Assembly (NCBI GenBank): GCA_037447605.1
Contig: CM074813.1
Location: forward strand, 2,294,001 to 2,358,000
Direction of reading: 5' to 3'
From: Zygnema circumcarinatum SAG 698-1b
Taxonomy: Eukaryota; Plantae; Zygnematophyceae
DNA length: 64,000 nt
The notes under the pieces are model-generated. The model did not search any database, was not told where the DNA came from, and was given only the letters and a program-made list of their open reading frames with translations. Position numbers and translations under genes: made by a program. This document shows, piece after piece, positions 9,924 through 24,956 of this stretch; within the stretch, counting starts at the first letter, position 1, and each line of letters begins with the position of its first letter.

Positions 9924-11874
9924 CGCAACAAACAACGTGGGCCTCTCATGATTTGAAGTTTTGAATGAACTCGCCCTCATGGAACGACCTACTGCCCGGA
10001 AACCTCGTGCAATGGTCGCCGGTTCCCCATTGGCTGCTGACCCGCCAGCGTGGCGTTTAAAGACCTTTTTATTTTAAAAGAGTACTGTAACGGAAGCCCA
10101 GGATCGAGGGCAATTGCCGTACAGGCCGGGCGATTACCACAAGGCCCCTGCCTTCTCGCTCGTGCATTCCCACCATGCGATTGGTCGTTGCGCGAGGCGA
10201 TCCCTTTCTGGCCAATCCGCGTCCTCCGCCTCGCGGCGACCGTCATCGCACCTGCGACGCCGCCGCCTTGTGGACGGTCGTGGGAAGGCGTTGACCGCGG
10301 CCCATCCGACGGTCCAGAGGAAGCCCGGCAGCCAGGGATGACGTTATCCCGCACCTTCCGGGAAAATGTACCGCCGACATTGCCAGCTGTTGGACTTGTA
10401 GCTCACCCAAGCGACAAATAATAGCCGCCTTAAATGCCAGCTGTCGTCGCACGTTATCGTGGACTATTAGCCACGTCGGATCCAATGAAGGCACGCACTG
10501 TGATTGGCCGCCGTGAGATTCGCGTCAGCCTCGAGTAACTGCTCGAGTGGTGCGCCTCGATTAGCGCTACTAACACGATATAGATACGATATACAATACG
10601 ATATAATCTGCGTATCGTATCGCATCCTATCGTATTAATCGTGGCATTTGGTCGAATTTCTCTGACCAGCTCCCGATCTGACGGATCCAATCCAATGCAG
10701 ATCGGACGGACGGGGCACTCCGCGACCGAAATATTCAACGGTCAGTAGGCACAGCTAACCGTAGACCTAAGGTTCGTAGGCCTCGCTGGCATGACCTCAT
10801 ACAGTCTGTCGTTATCGAAAACAAAGGTCAATGAAGGCCTTAACCGACAAATATTCGTACTTATTTGGGCGTCACGATGACGCATGAGCAGGTCTGACCG
10901 CCGTCCTCTTGCGAGCGGCGTTTAATGCGCGAGTTTCCGCGACTCGCTGTGAAGCATGAATATCGGCCGGGCGGTTTCATGACCGCTTGATGACGCCCGT
11001 GGCATGTTTGCTGGCGTCATACAACGTTCGGGGCTACCACGCGTGCGGACGTTACGGTCAACGGACGAGCTGAACTGTACGAATACCGTTCTCAGTCACA
11101 GTTGTTTTAATCGGGACGGAACGGCGTGATTGACACGTGTGTCGATCCGGCTTAACCGGCGTAGATAAAAAAGAACGACAAAAATACACACAAAGGGATG
11201 TTGTGGAAGGTAAGTGTCCGCTTCCTCTGACGCGCGTGCTGCTGTTCGATGATGATCTCTGGTTCTGTGATAGAGGACGGACGGACGGCCTCGCAGCCCT
11301 CTTCATGGAGGCGTGAGCTGCTGACAAGCAGACGTTGGCTGCACAAGGAAAGGGCGGCCCAAGTACACGTCGAACACTCGCAGGCGGCATGCCTCGAGGT
11401 GGAGAGGGGAATGCGCAGAGGGGAAGGGAGGAAGGCGGGAGAAGGAAAGAGAGAACGGGCCGAGCAGGGAGGGGCTCAGCCAGCCAGAGATCGGGGCACA
11501 CCCTAAGGCCGACGCGTAGGCAAAGCCGTGAGAAATATTTGACAGTGTCTGCATGTCCGTACACAGCCCAAGCACAAAGCGCATTCCAGTGCCAAAATCG
11601 CCAATAGGAAATCTGCAAACTATACGCCCTACAGCAAATCACTACTTCCCCACAGCAAAAGGGCAAAAAGAATAGACCTACCAAACGCCCCTCTGCTCCA
11701 ACCGCCGTCTCGCCACTCCATGGTAAGACCACCCTCCACACCAACAACGCTATATTCCTCTCCCTCGGAACCCAACGCTATAGAATTCCTGGAAGCTCGC
11801 AACGCGGCCCCTCCCTATCTCGCTTGCATCCTTTAAAAGTGTAACCAAGCCTGCTTTTGCTCTAATATCCGTGC

Positions 11875-14800
11875 CTAGTAGCCGGGCATGGGGGGCATGC
11901 CGTACGAAGGCATGGCTCCGGCGCCATAGCCCGGGTCGAAACCAGGAGCCGACATGCCAGGTGGCGCAGGGAGAGCCAATGGCAACAACTGCTGATACAT
12001 GTTCTGCAAGTGGAAAGTGGAGGCCATTGTAACGTCAACCAGAGGACGGTAAAAGGCCTAGTTATGAAAACCACTAAGGCCTTAGCAACCCCATAGGGAT
12101 TTGAAAGAGCCGAATGGTGCAAGTATGCTTTGTCGCGGGAGAGGGTGAGGTGGGACGAGGAACTTACCGCCTTTGCAATGACCTCTTTCTCCTCCTCAGC
12201 CTTCGCCTTCTGCTCCTTATGAGCCGCCTCCTTGTCCTTCATGAGCTCGTCCACCTTGCTTGAATACTCACGCAAGAACTGAAAAATGGAAAAAAAAAGG
12301 AGTATTCACTCAGTCTCTCAAGCACAAGAAGCTTCCGATGTTCGAACTTCCATGCATTGTTGTTGACTTACGATGGAAAGTTTAAAGGATAAGCAAAGTT
12401 TCCAGAAACAAGTTCAAGAGGATATTAGAGAAAAGCGTGAGGATAGAGACCTCAGATAGTGAGCGATCAAGTACCTGGAGCATGTAGGGCATGACAAAGT
12501 CCTGCATGTTGTTGAGCCACGCAAGCTCAACCGCCACATCCGGACGAATAAGGTCGTAACACGTGTACAGGCATGCGGCAAAGCATTCCTTCTTGTCCTG
12601 AAAAAGGTGTCCGGCAAAAACCACATCACTTCAAGTTGTCAGTTCAACGAAGAGCACACCCTTCACTTCCTCCAGAGTCAAATGAAGTAAAAGTGCAAGC
12701 TGTATTCCTGGTCTAAGCCTATTCTGAGAGTGCTTTAGCAAAGCAAGTTCGAAATCTCCGCTGACCTCATCGATGAAGAAGGTGAGGAGCTCCTCTGCCA
12801 GTTCCCTGTCACCAGACTGAGACGCAGTCTCCATGGCGTCCTTGTACAGTTTGTCCTTCTTTGAAAGGGCCACACTCTGCCTCCACCTGCCTGACATCTT
12901 GTAGATGAAAGCAGCAATCCGCCGGAACTCCAACAACTCGTGCTTCTCTACCTGCAGCCAAAGGGAGTATCCACAAACATTAAACGTTGAAATTACCTCA
13001 CTACAGGCTGAGCGCATCCCCCGAGACAAAGAAAGAACAAAACAGAAACACACTCTCGCTTACCTTTCCCCCCCACTCTCTCTCCTCTCTGCCTCCCCGA
13101 CATAACCTCTCAAAAATTTCCCTACTCACCCTCTGAGCCAAAGAAATCTGGTCAAAGTTGTCATGCATATCGATTGACTCGCGCAGACGATCATAGTCCT
13201 CCTCTTCAATGTAAAGGTTGTTGAGCGCTTCATTAACTGCTACAATGTTATTACTTTGCACCGCCACCAAGTACGGCTTCACCAAAGGAAGGTGTCCCGC
13301 CTGTCGACACAAAAACATACCAACACAATTCTTACTTATAAAAGTATCCCATAGCAGGATATGTACACGTAGCTTAAACGAGGGAGGAAACAGAGAAACC
13401 GAACAAAACACTTATCAGGTTATCTCGAGAAAAAGGTTATGGCATGTGCAAACCTTCTTCATCATGTCCACAACTCGCGTGTGGTCAACTCGGGGTGCTA
13501 ACACATTCAAGAGATCGTTTATAAGGTCGGGATGTTCCAGAAGATAAAACTGGATTGAGCGGTAGTATAACTCCAGATTTGCCACTTTCACGGCAACATC
13601 TTTGAACTGAAACCACAAAACACAATAATTTGAGAGGGTAAGCAACGAGCATCAAAACCGAACTTATCTACAGCAAAGGGAGAAACCACGAGCTGTTGGG
13701 CAGACGTCGATTAAACAAGCTGAGTTGAAACAGGATGAAAATATCAACAGAGCATAAGCACAGATTCATCATAAGCTCACCTGAGAATGGTCCCAAGCCT
13801 CAGGAGAGTGGCTCATGATAGTCGCTGCAGCATTGTCATATTCGTCGTATGTGATGTATAGGTAAGTGAGCTCCTTCCAGTGCTGTAGCTCATCACACAC
13901 GCGAATAAGCTTTGGAATGTTGATGCGAGTGGAGAAGAGCTTGAGATGCTCCATGAGTTTGTCCGGGCGATATCGCGCATAGCATGCTCCAAGTTCAGTG
14001 AAGATGCCCATATGAGCACGTTCCAAACCAAGCCCACTCTCCAAAAGACTAATGAGCTCATCAAAGCGACCACGGTTTTGGTAGTAGTCGCAGACTTCCT
14101 CAAGGTCATCCACCTGCAAAGTCACTCGCAGCAGTTTGCGCTAAGAAACAAAGCATATGCATGATTGCAGCACAAGTGGAGTTAACCAAACACCGACAAT
14201 TTCAAAGAAGGGCACATGCAATAAGGCGAAAAGAAATAAACTCAGAGACCGCGATGAGAAGCTGACCTGCACAATGATGTTGAGACCGGCGATTTGGGCA
14301 AGGCGAAACTCTTCCTCATCCACACATGCGAAACAGACCTCCTTCCATGTACGAGCACTGTTTGCCTTTCTTGCAGCATCCACTGCCGCTTGGAATTGCT
14401 TCAACTTCAGAAGAGTGCTGGCTAGGCGAGCCCAGTTGGAGATGTGAGTGAAGATGATCTTCGCAGCCTCATACAACTCTTCGTCAAACATGCGATCGCC
14501 GACGCTTTGCAGGTTCGCAACATGAGGTGTCTGAATGAAATCCTCGATCTCACCCAACTTGTCGATCTTGGCATACGCATAGACCAATTCAGCATCCACT
14601 TTTGGCTCCTTCACCTTCTTGCGGACCATCATCAAGTACTCCACCATGTCATGGTATGCATCCACACGCTCAGCAGCTCGAATGACATCTAGGAATTGTG
14701 TTGCATCATTCGCTCTGATGAAGGAGGCAATAGCATCAGACACCAAGTCCTCCTTCAGCTGAGCCTTTCCGACCTGAGACCATACATCATCCTCCTCCAC

Positions 14801-17800
14801 TCGGTTTGCGAACTCTACAGCTCGATCAATGCTTTCAATGTTATCGAGGAGAACATTGACAGCTTGCACATTGAGGCTGAACTTCTTGAATATGGCGAAG
14901 GCTTCCTCATAAAGCTCACTTCCAACAGCGATCTCTCCCACTGCAGGTCCGTCAAAGTTGTCGAGTCGGTTGATGTAATCCATGACCCGGGTTGTGTCGG
15001 CTTTGATGGCAGTGAGAATGAGCAGATTCTGTAAGTTAGGGTTACCGCTGAATGCGGAGTTCTGGAGGACGATCTTTTCCAGCAATTCGATCAGTTCATG
15101 CGGCAGGTCAGCAGTCATGAAGGCCTTCACTGTCACTGAGACCTGGTCAGGATTCTTGCTTTCTGGCAGAGCCGTGGAGACAACCTGCATAAGAAATACG
15201 CATTCCAAGAACCGATCATATGAGGATGGACGACATTAGAATGGATCAGAAGTCAATGACACATGTAACAGCATGTAGCTTACAAAGAGAAACGTCCATT
15301 GACAGCGGCAATAAAATGAAGCATCACTTGAACAAGAGCAGCACATTGCAGTGTACCTGATCAATGAGCTGCCTGCGGAATGGGTTGTCAGGATCAAGCA
15401 CTTTCTCCCACAATGCTGGCTCCATCCTCTCCACCACATACCTGCAGCCGAGATCGATAACACCATAGGCAGCATTCTTAATGTGAAAACGATCAACTAT
15501 GAATAGCTACAACGCTCACAGTTTGTTCATCTGATATGTTGTCTATTGATTTCTTGGTGAAAGAACTCGCTTCCAACTCTTGACCGAAAATCATATAAGC
15601 GCATTAGAAGTGACTAAGAAGACTACAAAGTTCCTGAAGGTTACACACACACACAAGTAAATCAACGGCAACTAGTGACCTCCCCACTCATGCCTTGTTT
15701 CCCAGTCGGATGATACGAGTCAAATCTACCCCATATTCGTTATGTATCAGCATCGTCAGCGGAGTCGAGCAACTTGTCAGCATAAACCTTACCTCGCTTG
15801 CAGCTTGAATAAGGAGTTTTTGTTTGTGACAGAAACCAGCTCCTCGTCACAAAGGCCGCGCTTGTATGCCACCACCGCCAAGGTGGGATCGCGCTTTTCA
15901 CAGTACTTGCCCACAACCTTGGAGTCGTAGTAGGGATTGGTTGTGAGGAAATGTTCCGGATTATTGTTTGTGTCGATGATGATCTTTCCGAGAGCATTGT
16001 GAACATGCACATCTTGACTGCCTTCGCTCACCAAGTGCTCCAAGAATTGAGTGAGCAGGCGCAGTCGATTGCTGTACACGCACCGCAGACAGGAAACAAG
16101 TTTAGAAGACAAAGGATGTGGAGGAAGAACTTCCCCTGTGCTCGGAGGGTTGTAAATGTTCGTGTTAGAAAGAAACATTGGATGAGCACAACCCTTGCAA
16201 GAGAGCGGGCTTGGATGCAGACTCATATGCTTCAGACCTGGGTCAATGCTACGTTATTTAGAAGACCATAGCCAAACTATTGAATAACGACGTAACCATT
16301 GCGTAAAGACGTTCATAAAAAATATAACACAAGAAAATGTCTCAGGATGCGTTGAGATATTGTAGCCTTAAATAGCCTCAGACGGGTACAGCATGACAAT
16401 GACACCATCGCAATATGTCAACCGTAAAACGAACTACAAAACGTTCATATGTTTGGAGCCCCATTGAAGTTGTTGATTTTATCATATATATGTGAATCAC
16501 GTTGTCCATTAACGTCCACTTTGCTTGCTTCTAGCTAGCGCAGACATTTGTTAACACAGCTAGGAAAACCAAGAACTCCAAGCTAAGCACACACACAAAG
16601 GCAGAGTGCATATGCCACGCACCGTTTCTCGCATTCTTCGACGAGTGGTTCGACTGGCAGCAGCGACCGCACAGAGAGGATGAGATTTTTGATGAAGTCT
16701 TCCGGACACTCATCGTCGAGGAGTTGGCCTACAACCAGTGGTGCATTGCTTGGATTCACCTGAAGATCAGGTTCAAACATACACCAAATCAGGAATGAAA
16801 TGTATAAACAGCAGCACACAAGAACGTTATGCTCTAATAACATCACTACAGAATCTCTCCCTCTATCCATGATACAGAAAAGGTAGGGCCGGCTGCAAAA
16901 GAAGGTAAGTTACCGATGTTTAAGTTTACCGATGGTTAAAATTGTTGAGTCAAAAAAATGTTCAGAAGTGAAGCAGGCTTATACTGCTCTGAGGGCAGTT
17001 ACAAAGGGCAGAATGTTCACTGACCTTCTGCACGTATCCCTCGATGTAGCGCAGCATATTGTTCGTGTACAGGTAATGTGTGAGATCAGGCACGAAATTG
17101 AATCGATCGCAGACATTGATGAGAGGCCTTGCGTCGGGTAGCTTTGATTCCATGAGAAAATTCTTTGTGCGCTCCGCATCATAGAAGTTGGACTCTCGAG
17201 TCACTCGCTCAACCTCCTTGATCTGCCCAGTCTTTGCAGCTGCCTCGATGTATTTGAAATGAATTTCAGGATCCTCACTGCAAGTCACAAGAAGCAAAGG
17301 CAAGATTAAGCACTGCATTAAAGAAAACTTCGCCCCTGCATGTCCAATCACCACAAATCTAAGCCTTGAAACGGAGTGCAGGAATCAGGAGTTTTAGCAG
17401 GACAAACACAATGTTTCATAAACTCAACCACAAATACTGGTAACTTGTCCCATGGCTGAAAGCTGCTCGACGTCAAAGCCTCGAGAACGGAAGTTTTGGA
17501 ACAGAATGTACCGAAGAGAATGCATCGAATTGAGCTAACGTTTGCTTTTGTTCGTAAAATCGATTGCCAATGCTAGTCGGGTTAAAGAATGCTTGAATCA
17601 ACGCACCTGGTGGACAAATAGGCCCCCAAGAAGAAGAAAAGACCCTCATATGACTTGAACTGCTCGAACAGCTTCACACAATCGTGGACTCCCAATTGGT
17701 CCGCGTACTCCTTGGCAACCTGCTCAGAAGGGAACCCCGGCCATCTCCAGTCAAATACACGTCAGCAACCTACCAAATAAAGCGCACTGCTCAGAATTTG

Positions 17801-20800
17801 TGCCCAAATTTATAGTGAAATTCATGTAGCATCAGCAGCTAAGCTACAACTTGCAGGAAAAGACGACAAATGTGCATCACACACAAACAGTTAGGAAAAG
17901 TTAGTTGATGAATTGATCCTCTAAATGACTCCTCCACAATGTTCCAGGAAAGACAGCTGACTCAGGATAAAACATAGGTTTGGTAATAAAAGATGCTCCC
18001 TCTGATGATCGAGTGCCAGTTGGCAAGAGGATCACCAATGATAGCAGAACAAAAGCCTGGGAAGGATAGACACACATATCTGAGTTTGAGCAGTCACTAC
18101 ACGGTTTTATGTACAGCCCAGAGTAATGGCTGGATAGACACAAACCTGTACTACAATCTGGAGATTCCCGCGCATGTTGACCAGCAAAAGCTCCTTCATG
18201 CACTCGAGCGCCCATTCCCGTGACAACGTCCCGTAGAATTCGACCAATGACTGCAGCCCAAACTCCGTCGAAGTTCATGTCAATATTACCCTCTCGACCC
18301 CTCGTCTCCCAAACCCCTTTCGCTCTCCCTCTCCCTCTCACTCTCCCTCCACCCTCCAATTCTCCACTTGCTTCTCCTGAATCTTCATCGCTCTGCTCAT
18401 TCTATTCATCTACCCCTGCCTCTATTCCTCTCTTTACACTTCCGTCTCCTCTCTCCCTCCCTTGTCTGTCCACTTCTTCCCTCTCATCTCACCCTCTCTC
18501 CAGCTCTCCTCTCTTAAATCCAACTTTCGAGGCCCGCAAAGAGGCATGACTAACCTGTGGCTCAATTGCATGAGTGTTCACAACCACACGCTTGATGTCC
18601 GGTAGGTCTGTGTAATGCTGCATACGTGGGCAGTAACAAAGTCAGCATTCAAGCATCTGAGGTGGCTTTTAAGGAAATGAAACAGTACATTTGAAAGCCG
18701 GACCCTGACAGCAATTGCCCCAAAGATAACATTCTACCAAAGAAGGAACTTCCAGGGAGGGAAGTCACATTCAAAAGTCCTACAGGTCAGCGCCCTGCTA
18801 GTTTCTTCATTGTATCTATCAACAGAAAGACTTTAGGCCAGCTAATACACACCTGCAGAGCACGCATGTACAGTCCAGCCTTCTCACACAACTGAGCTAT
18901 CCTTGGGCGATCGTAATGACTGAACATGCCGTTCGCAAGAATTGCGTCGGCAACATTTGGGAAGGTCACCAAATTAATTTCCAAAACCTGCACATTTCCC
19001 AGCTCGAATGTTCATGTCTGATAATAAAATTAACCGAAGATGGGTTACGATTGGAATAAACTTTTCCAAATCATCAATGCATGGTGTAATTGACAAGGAA
19101 AAGGCAGGCCGTATCTGGCCAAGAAATGAGTATGCCTAATGGGTGCTTCACGATAGGACGAATCACAGTTCGAAAGGTCATACTCTGACATTTAAAAACA
19201 TGCGATGGTAAGTTTACCTTAGTCTGCAGCATGGCATGCTCCGGCAAGTTGGGTTTCAAAACGTCCAACAGAAAGGAGGTTGCCTCTCTGATCATATTGC
19301 GCTGCAGCACACAGTACAGCTTATCAGGAAAAATGCCATAAGAAGTTCAATAAAATCTAACATACAAATTTGTTATAGCACAAGGAGGCGATACCATACA
19401 TGCGTGGAAAGCGTCAAACTGCACAGCAAGCATTACTATGACGAGAACGAGAATCCTCTGTCATGTGAACAGTGAAAATGAAGCCTAAGGAAGGGGAGCA
19501 GTGAGGCAGACATCACATGGAAACAACGACGAAGCTAGTCCAACACATGGTGTCTCTGATGGTCCAAAATTAAGAGAAAGTTTGCAAACATGGGCAAACA
19601 TAGCAAGAAATATATGTATAGATTTACCTGAAGAAAGAGGTCAGTAATAGTGTTGTAGTCAAGAGGAGGTCCACCCTCCATTTGCGCCATCATGAGAGCA
19701 AAGTTGACAGCCCCCTGAGGATTGGTCCGGAGCATGGTCTGAAGTAACCAAAGGTAATCGGGTGTGTATCCAACCTGCAAAAACGAACATGCTCCTTTAA
19801 ATTTCGACCCTTAAAGAGGAAAAAGGTAGGCTTGCTGAACTAAACTACAAGCCAATGCAGTTTGGCCTCTAAAGTGAGATGCGAACCCAGTGGTTTTGAC
19901 TAACACAGTGCCTGAATTTAAAAATTCACGCCTGCTTGCCCTCTCACCTGCTTGGAGTAAATCAGAATCTTGTCAAACTCTCCACGCTCCGCGAACATGG
20001 CGATGACCTTTGGAGTTGCCCTAGCCTTAATGTAAACCTTCAAAGCCAGCTCATTATCCACCGTCTGTCAAACAAAACAACCACCAAACCAAGTGGATCA
20101 GATAAATAGTCCACTGAGAGACCATTGCGTAGCGCACTGCTATTTACCTTCGCACCGGCAATGGCCAGAAAGCCTGAACACTCCAGAACTGGATTCAGTC
20201 CAAGTGTCTTTTTCAAGTTCACCTTCCGACTCCAAGGCTTGGACGTGGCCTACTGCACTCACATGTGCCACAGACGTCGTGCCAAATGCCTGATGCTTTT
20301 AAGATGCTCATTGTATTAGCAATGAAATTGTCAATACCTGACAAGTTTTCCCACAAACTTGTATGACATTAACATATACCCAGCAGGCACTCTGCTTCTC
20401 CTCTCAGGCTGGACAGTGAGATCAAAGTGCCGCCAAAGTATTATAGACAGTGTCCTCCTTGGATGCAGCTTTACACATAGCCAGCTCACAAGGAACAGCC
20501 CCAACCAATCAAACTCACTGACTATGCTACAGTCTTTTTTGCCCCGAGTCAGCTGCCACACAACAAATTCGAGCTTCTCGACCAGCATGAAGTTGTATTG
20601 TGATGCCCTAGCGATGTGACTGGTATGAGAAACCAGCTGAAATCAACTCAGCTTTTTAGGCCAGGAAAAACTGATAAAAGACCCTGTTTGATACCGGTTT
20701 TGTTCACGTTCATGCACAAGGCATTCAATCGCAATTAAGAGAAGTAACCGTCTAGTAATAATTTGTATGTGATAGAGACGCTGAAACCCCAGGTCTGCTT

Positions 20801-23800
20801 CTGCAGGTGACAGAAAGCATTCCAGGCTTATGCGCGCTTCCCTGGTCCTGGAGAATACTATATTTTTTTCTAAAGGTTCCCTTATACTTGAGAAAAAAAC
20901 CCTTCTGAAATAGTAGTGACGATGAACTTCATAAGGAGAAGAGGTGCTGGAATAGGAGATTTCACTACCACTCGTAACAGTTCCAATCTCGTACGAACAT
21001 CTTGCCGATTTAAGTGATTTCCTATCCATTGATTACAATAACTACAATAGCCCCCACAGTCCCAAGTGGCCGAACCAAATGCAAGCTTCAAACACGGGAG
21101 ATGCCCCTAAGACCCTTCATTCACAGTGCTGATTTGCTAGTACTACCCATACTCCAGGTACTGCTAACATATGGCTGGCCCTTGCATTAAAGTTCTGTTC
21201 CTGTGACTGAAGGTCACATTCACACCTGCTGTTGCCAGTGGAAAAGTAGAGGTAACCATACCTTAACCAAGTCACCGAGCTCCTCGCTGCATTCCAGCTT
21301 GTCTTCTCCAAGCCAGTTTTCCAGCAAGTTCTTCTTATTTTGATTCACCACAAGCCGCGAGAGTTCTAAGGATTCAAAGGCGTTCAATTTGCCTTTGGTC
21401 AATAAAGTCCCAAAGTATTGAAGAAGCGGGGATGTTGTTCCAGGTGGAACAGGTACACTCTGCGACACACAGGTCGACCTTGCAAAATCTTAGCCGAGAT
21501 TAAAGCTTACCAAGCATTACATCGTAAAGACGATTTAACTTCTCTACATCTTTTGATGAAAAAGTTGGTTTTTTTGGACTTCGGCAATAACTCCGTGCAA
21601 TAAATACACTCGAAATGTACCCAGTGTACATAGCTGTTCCTTTTCATCTGCGGCCAAACGCATTAAGCAAGCTTCAAAGGGGTGATAGGAAGGACGGAAA
21701 TTAGTTTCCATTTAGATTTCACCTGAAATTTGGTGACTGTGTCTGGAGTCCTCAAGATGCCTTGTGGAGAATCAGCTGCAAGCTCAGCTGCTTCCTTGTA
21801 CTTCATCTGAGTGAACAGTTCTTGGAACCGTTGTACAACCTGAAATCCAAGGCTTTGGGGGCTTAGGGAAAACAGGTAGTTCAGCGAATCTCTACGGATT
21901 TGCAGACATGGGAAGGCTCCTGCAATACGGCTTAGCTTTACTCTTGATGAAAAGGACTTACCAGACCCTCCGCTCCAGGGAGATTGCCTCGCTTTGCAAG
22001 GTTGACGGCAAGTTCAAGGTTATTTAACTGCAAATACACCCTCCAATATCAGCTTATCGTCCGATCCTTGTTGAAATCTGCAGACAAAAGGTGTATGGAA
22101 TACAACCAATGTTCTGTTTCAAGCAGGTGTAACAGATAAAGATAATCCAGACTCACCTGTCCACTGACAAAAGGTACGATGGTCTGTTCATTGACGGTCG
22201 CAAGAAGGACCTGGCCTCGCCGATTAACCGCATAAAACCCACCTACTGCTGGAGCATCTGCTGTGAGAAAGATAGGATCGGGACTGATACGATTGCGATA
22301 GACAGCAGTTGCTGTTTCAAGATCATACACGAACAGGAGGCCTAGCTTGGTGATGACATAGATGAGGCTGTACTTGGTTGAAATCTGCTCCAGACGAATC
22401 ACTTAATATGAGAACGAAAGCTTTTCCACTGATGCAGCTAATGCTGAGCATGAAAGTGCCTGACTGAGCATGATAACTGCGAAATTAGAAAGGGAGGGCA
22501 AGGCAGATACACTTCTTGAAGTTCTTACCTGCATTGCTACTGGAAAGTCGTCTGCAAAATCGGGTGGGAAAAAAAGGTCTGCCTGCTTCTTCGCGAATGG
22601 AGTTCTCCCTGTACGGAGCATGCCAACGTTAGAACCTTTCGCCGGCACTTTATCTGGGCGATTGCTAAAAAACGAAGTCGTTCTCATTAAATGAGTTCTG
22701 GAGCGTAACACTAGTTACTAAGATCAAAATGCCAAGCAGTGAAAGACGAGATCGTGCCGGCAAGTTAGAAAAGGCTTGTCTTTCCAACAAACCTGGTTGT
22801 GCTCCCAGCTCGATGATATGCAGCTTGGAAGTAAGTTGGCCACCTACAAAACTCTTCGTTGAAAAGGCAATAAGCAAGGAAGGTGTGTCGTTTCCAGGAA
22901 CCTGAAATAATGACAAAACCAGACATTAATCGTTGATCATTCATCATTGGTCTAAAGCAGACTCCATATCAAAGAGCCCATCCCAGCGATATGGCTTAAA
23001 ATACTCTTTAACTGCAGAAACAGAAAATTGTGGAAATACCCAGAAGGAGCCAAAATCCCCTGTGAAGACAGCATATGACTTCTAAGTACACATCTCTACG
23101 ATGGCCAAGACATCAGCTATCGCCTTTAACAGCTCCAGGACGAGAGTTTCTAGGTTATAGCCCGCAGTAAGTGTCAAGTTGACTAAGCCTTACAAAAAGT
23201 CCCAAAACAGAATAAACGAATGAACAAACCGCTACCCACCTTGAATGATGCAAAAGCAGCAGCATGAGCTTCAAGAGCTTGACTGCGCTGCTGGTCTACA
23301 GAAAACAGCTGCATGTTCCCTTTGACAAGTTGGGGTCGCTGCAAAGTATAACAAGTACACTACACACGATCAGTGTGGCGTTATAAGAAATAAAATATGT
23401 TACCACGCTCCTCAGAATTACAAAAGTTCTAGCTCACTAGCTGAAAGAACATCTGCACCGTGTGAGAAGAAAAGTTGAAAGTAGAGCGACATTATTCCTA
23501 GAAATCCTGACTTCCTCAAATAAAGTTTAACTGGAAAGAAATTTAATTGGCCGAATGGGGGGTCTAGGTCGGATGCTCCAATGCAACAAAGGGAAAAGAG
23601 GTCAGAAAAGAGGTGGCATCCGACCTCTGGAGCGCCAGGAGCAATGCCAATTAAGACCAGCCATTTCTCTGAAGGGTCACACCGATAATTAATAATCTGA
23701 TTTCCATTCAAATTTGCTGTTCGGTCAAACATTTTCACTGGTTCGGTATCTCCTGCAAATGCAATGGAAAAGAAAATAGTAAATAACAGTTAAATCTATC

Positions 23801-24701
23801 CCGATCTTGTTACTTACGCGCTGCCAGCTTCAGACCTAAATCTGCCAGAAGCTCTAATGTATGTCCGAATAGTACGGTACTTGCATTACCTGAGATTGAC
23901 CAGTGATAAACTGCAGTTTGTGTCACTAATCCAAGCAAAGTCGGGGTAATCCATTTCCAAAACACAACCTGCAATACCAACAAGATGCTCCGTAAGGAAA
24001 AAGAGGAATTTGAATACATTCTGCCTTCATCTTTACATGACACAAGCAGTGGATCGCCACCGTTTTGGGCTTACTTGCTCTGGCATTTGGTATGACTTGA
24101 TCTTAGCCTTCTCTTCGATGTTGAAGATCTGTAAGTGATCTTGGGTAGTCCCTTGTATTTGAGCTGGTTTTGGCGCCAAACACCCAGCCACACAAGCAAA
24201 AACGAAGAATCAAGCTACTGCATAGATATTGCAGGTGGTTGTAGCATATAGCAGAAAGTGGAAAATGGAGCATATACCTTTCAGTGCCAAGACTCTGCTG
24301 GTTGGATTCATAAGTGCTGAATCTGCAGTGATAGGCCTCCGCAAAGGCTGCATTGGCATCGCCATGTCAATGATCACTACGCTGTTCGCAGGCGCTGTCT
24401 CTCGGACGCAAATAAACTTCTCCGACTCCATCGTGACATGCGTGAATGTGATAAACTGCTGATTTACGCCGAGGCTCGTCAGCTGCGCACCAAAAAAGCA
24501 GGTCAGAAGAGTTACGCGATTGCAAAGCATAAAAAAAACATAAGCACTACTCCAGATGTTTCAAAAATGCCAGACTGCAGCTCCGATCATAGACAAGCCG
24601 CCTTGCACTTTCTCATGCCACTCTCACGCCTCTCCACAAGGCCCAACTGTCCATACCGTTAGAGCCTCCTTCATAGCGATGGGAGCGCTTGCGGCCGCCA
24701 T
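11875..24701 (-). CDS. CHC: Clathrin heavy chain, about 31 GT-AG exons
   Basis: Exon 1 (24701-24657) reads [15 protein letters not shown]. Then [29 protein letters not shown]...[28 protein letters not shown]-repeat exons ([43 protein letters not shown]...) and the C-terminus [16 protein letters not shown]...GMPPMPGY*, with TAG at 11877-11875. Every junction I traced is in frame. Confidence 0.98.
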
Positions 24702-24921
24702 GATGGCTCCGCCAAACAACCTTCAGTTTCTGAATCGAATCCCCTCCCGCTGCCACTTACACTCCGATCCCACCCTCCAGCAAGAAGCCCCCCTCGGCCT
24801 CCTGCCCCCCGGCCTCACAGAAACCTCCGACGCCCTCTCCCGCCCCGGCCCAGGCTTCCAGAAGAAAAGAGGGAGGGAGGGTCCGCAGCGAGGCGTGTGT
24901 GGCGGGTGAGCAGGCGCTCTG

Positions 24922-24956
24922 CCTCTCCCTCTCCCTCTCCCTCTCCCTCTCCCTCT
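24922..24956. repeat. (CTCTCC)n microsatellite upstream of the clathrin gene
   Basis: Read directly from the sequence. Confidence 0.9.

Noticed and set aside
20068-21258. Longest clathrin intron (about 1.2 kb) with ORFs at 20331-21091
   Set aside because: No repeat ends, snoRNA box pair or recognisable protein found.
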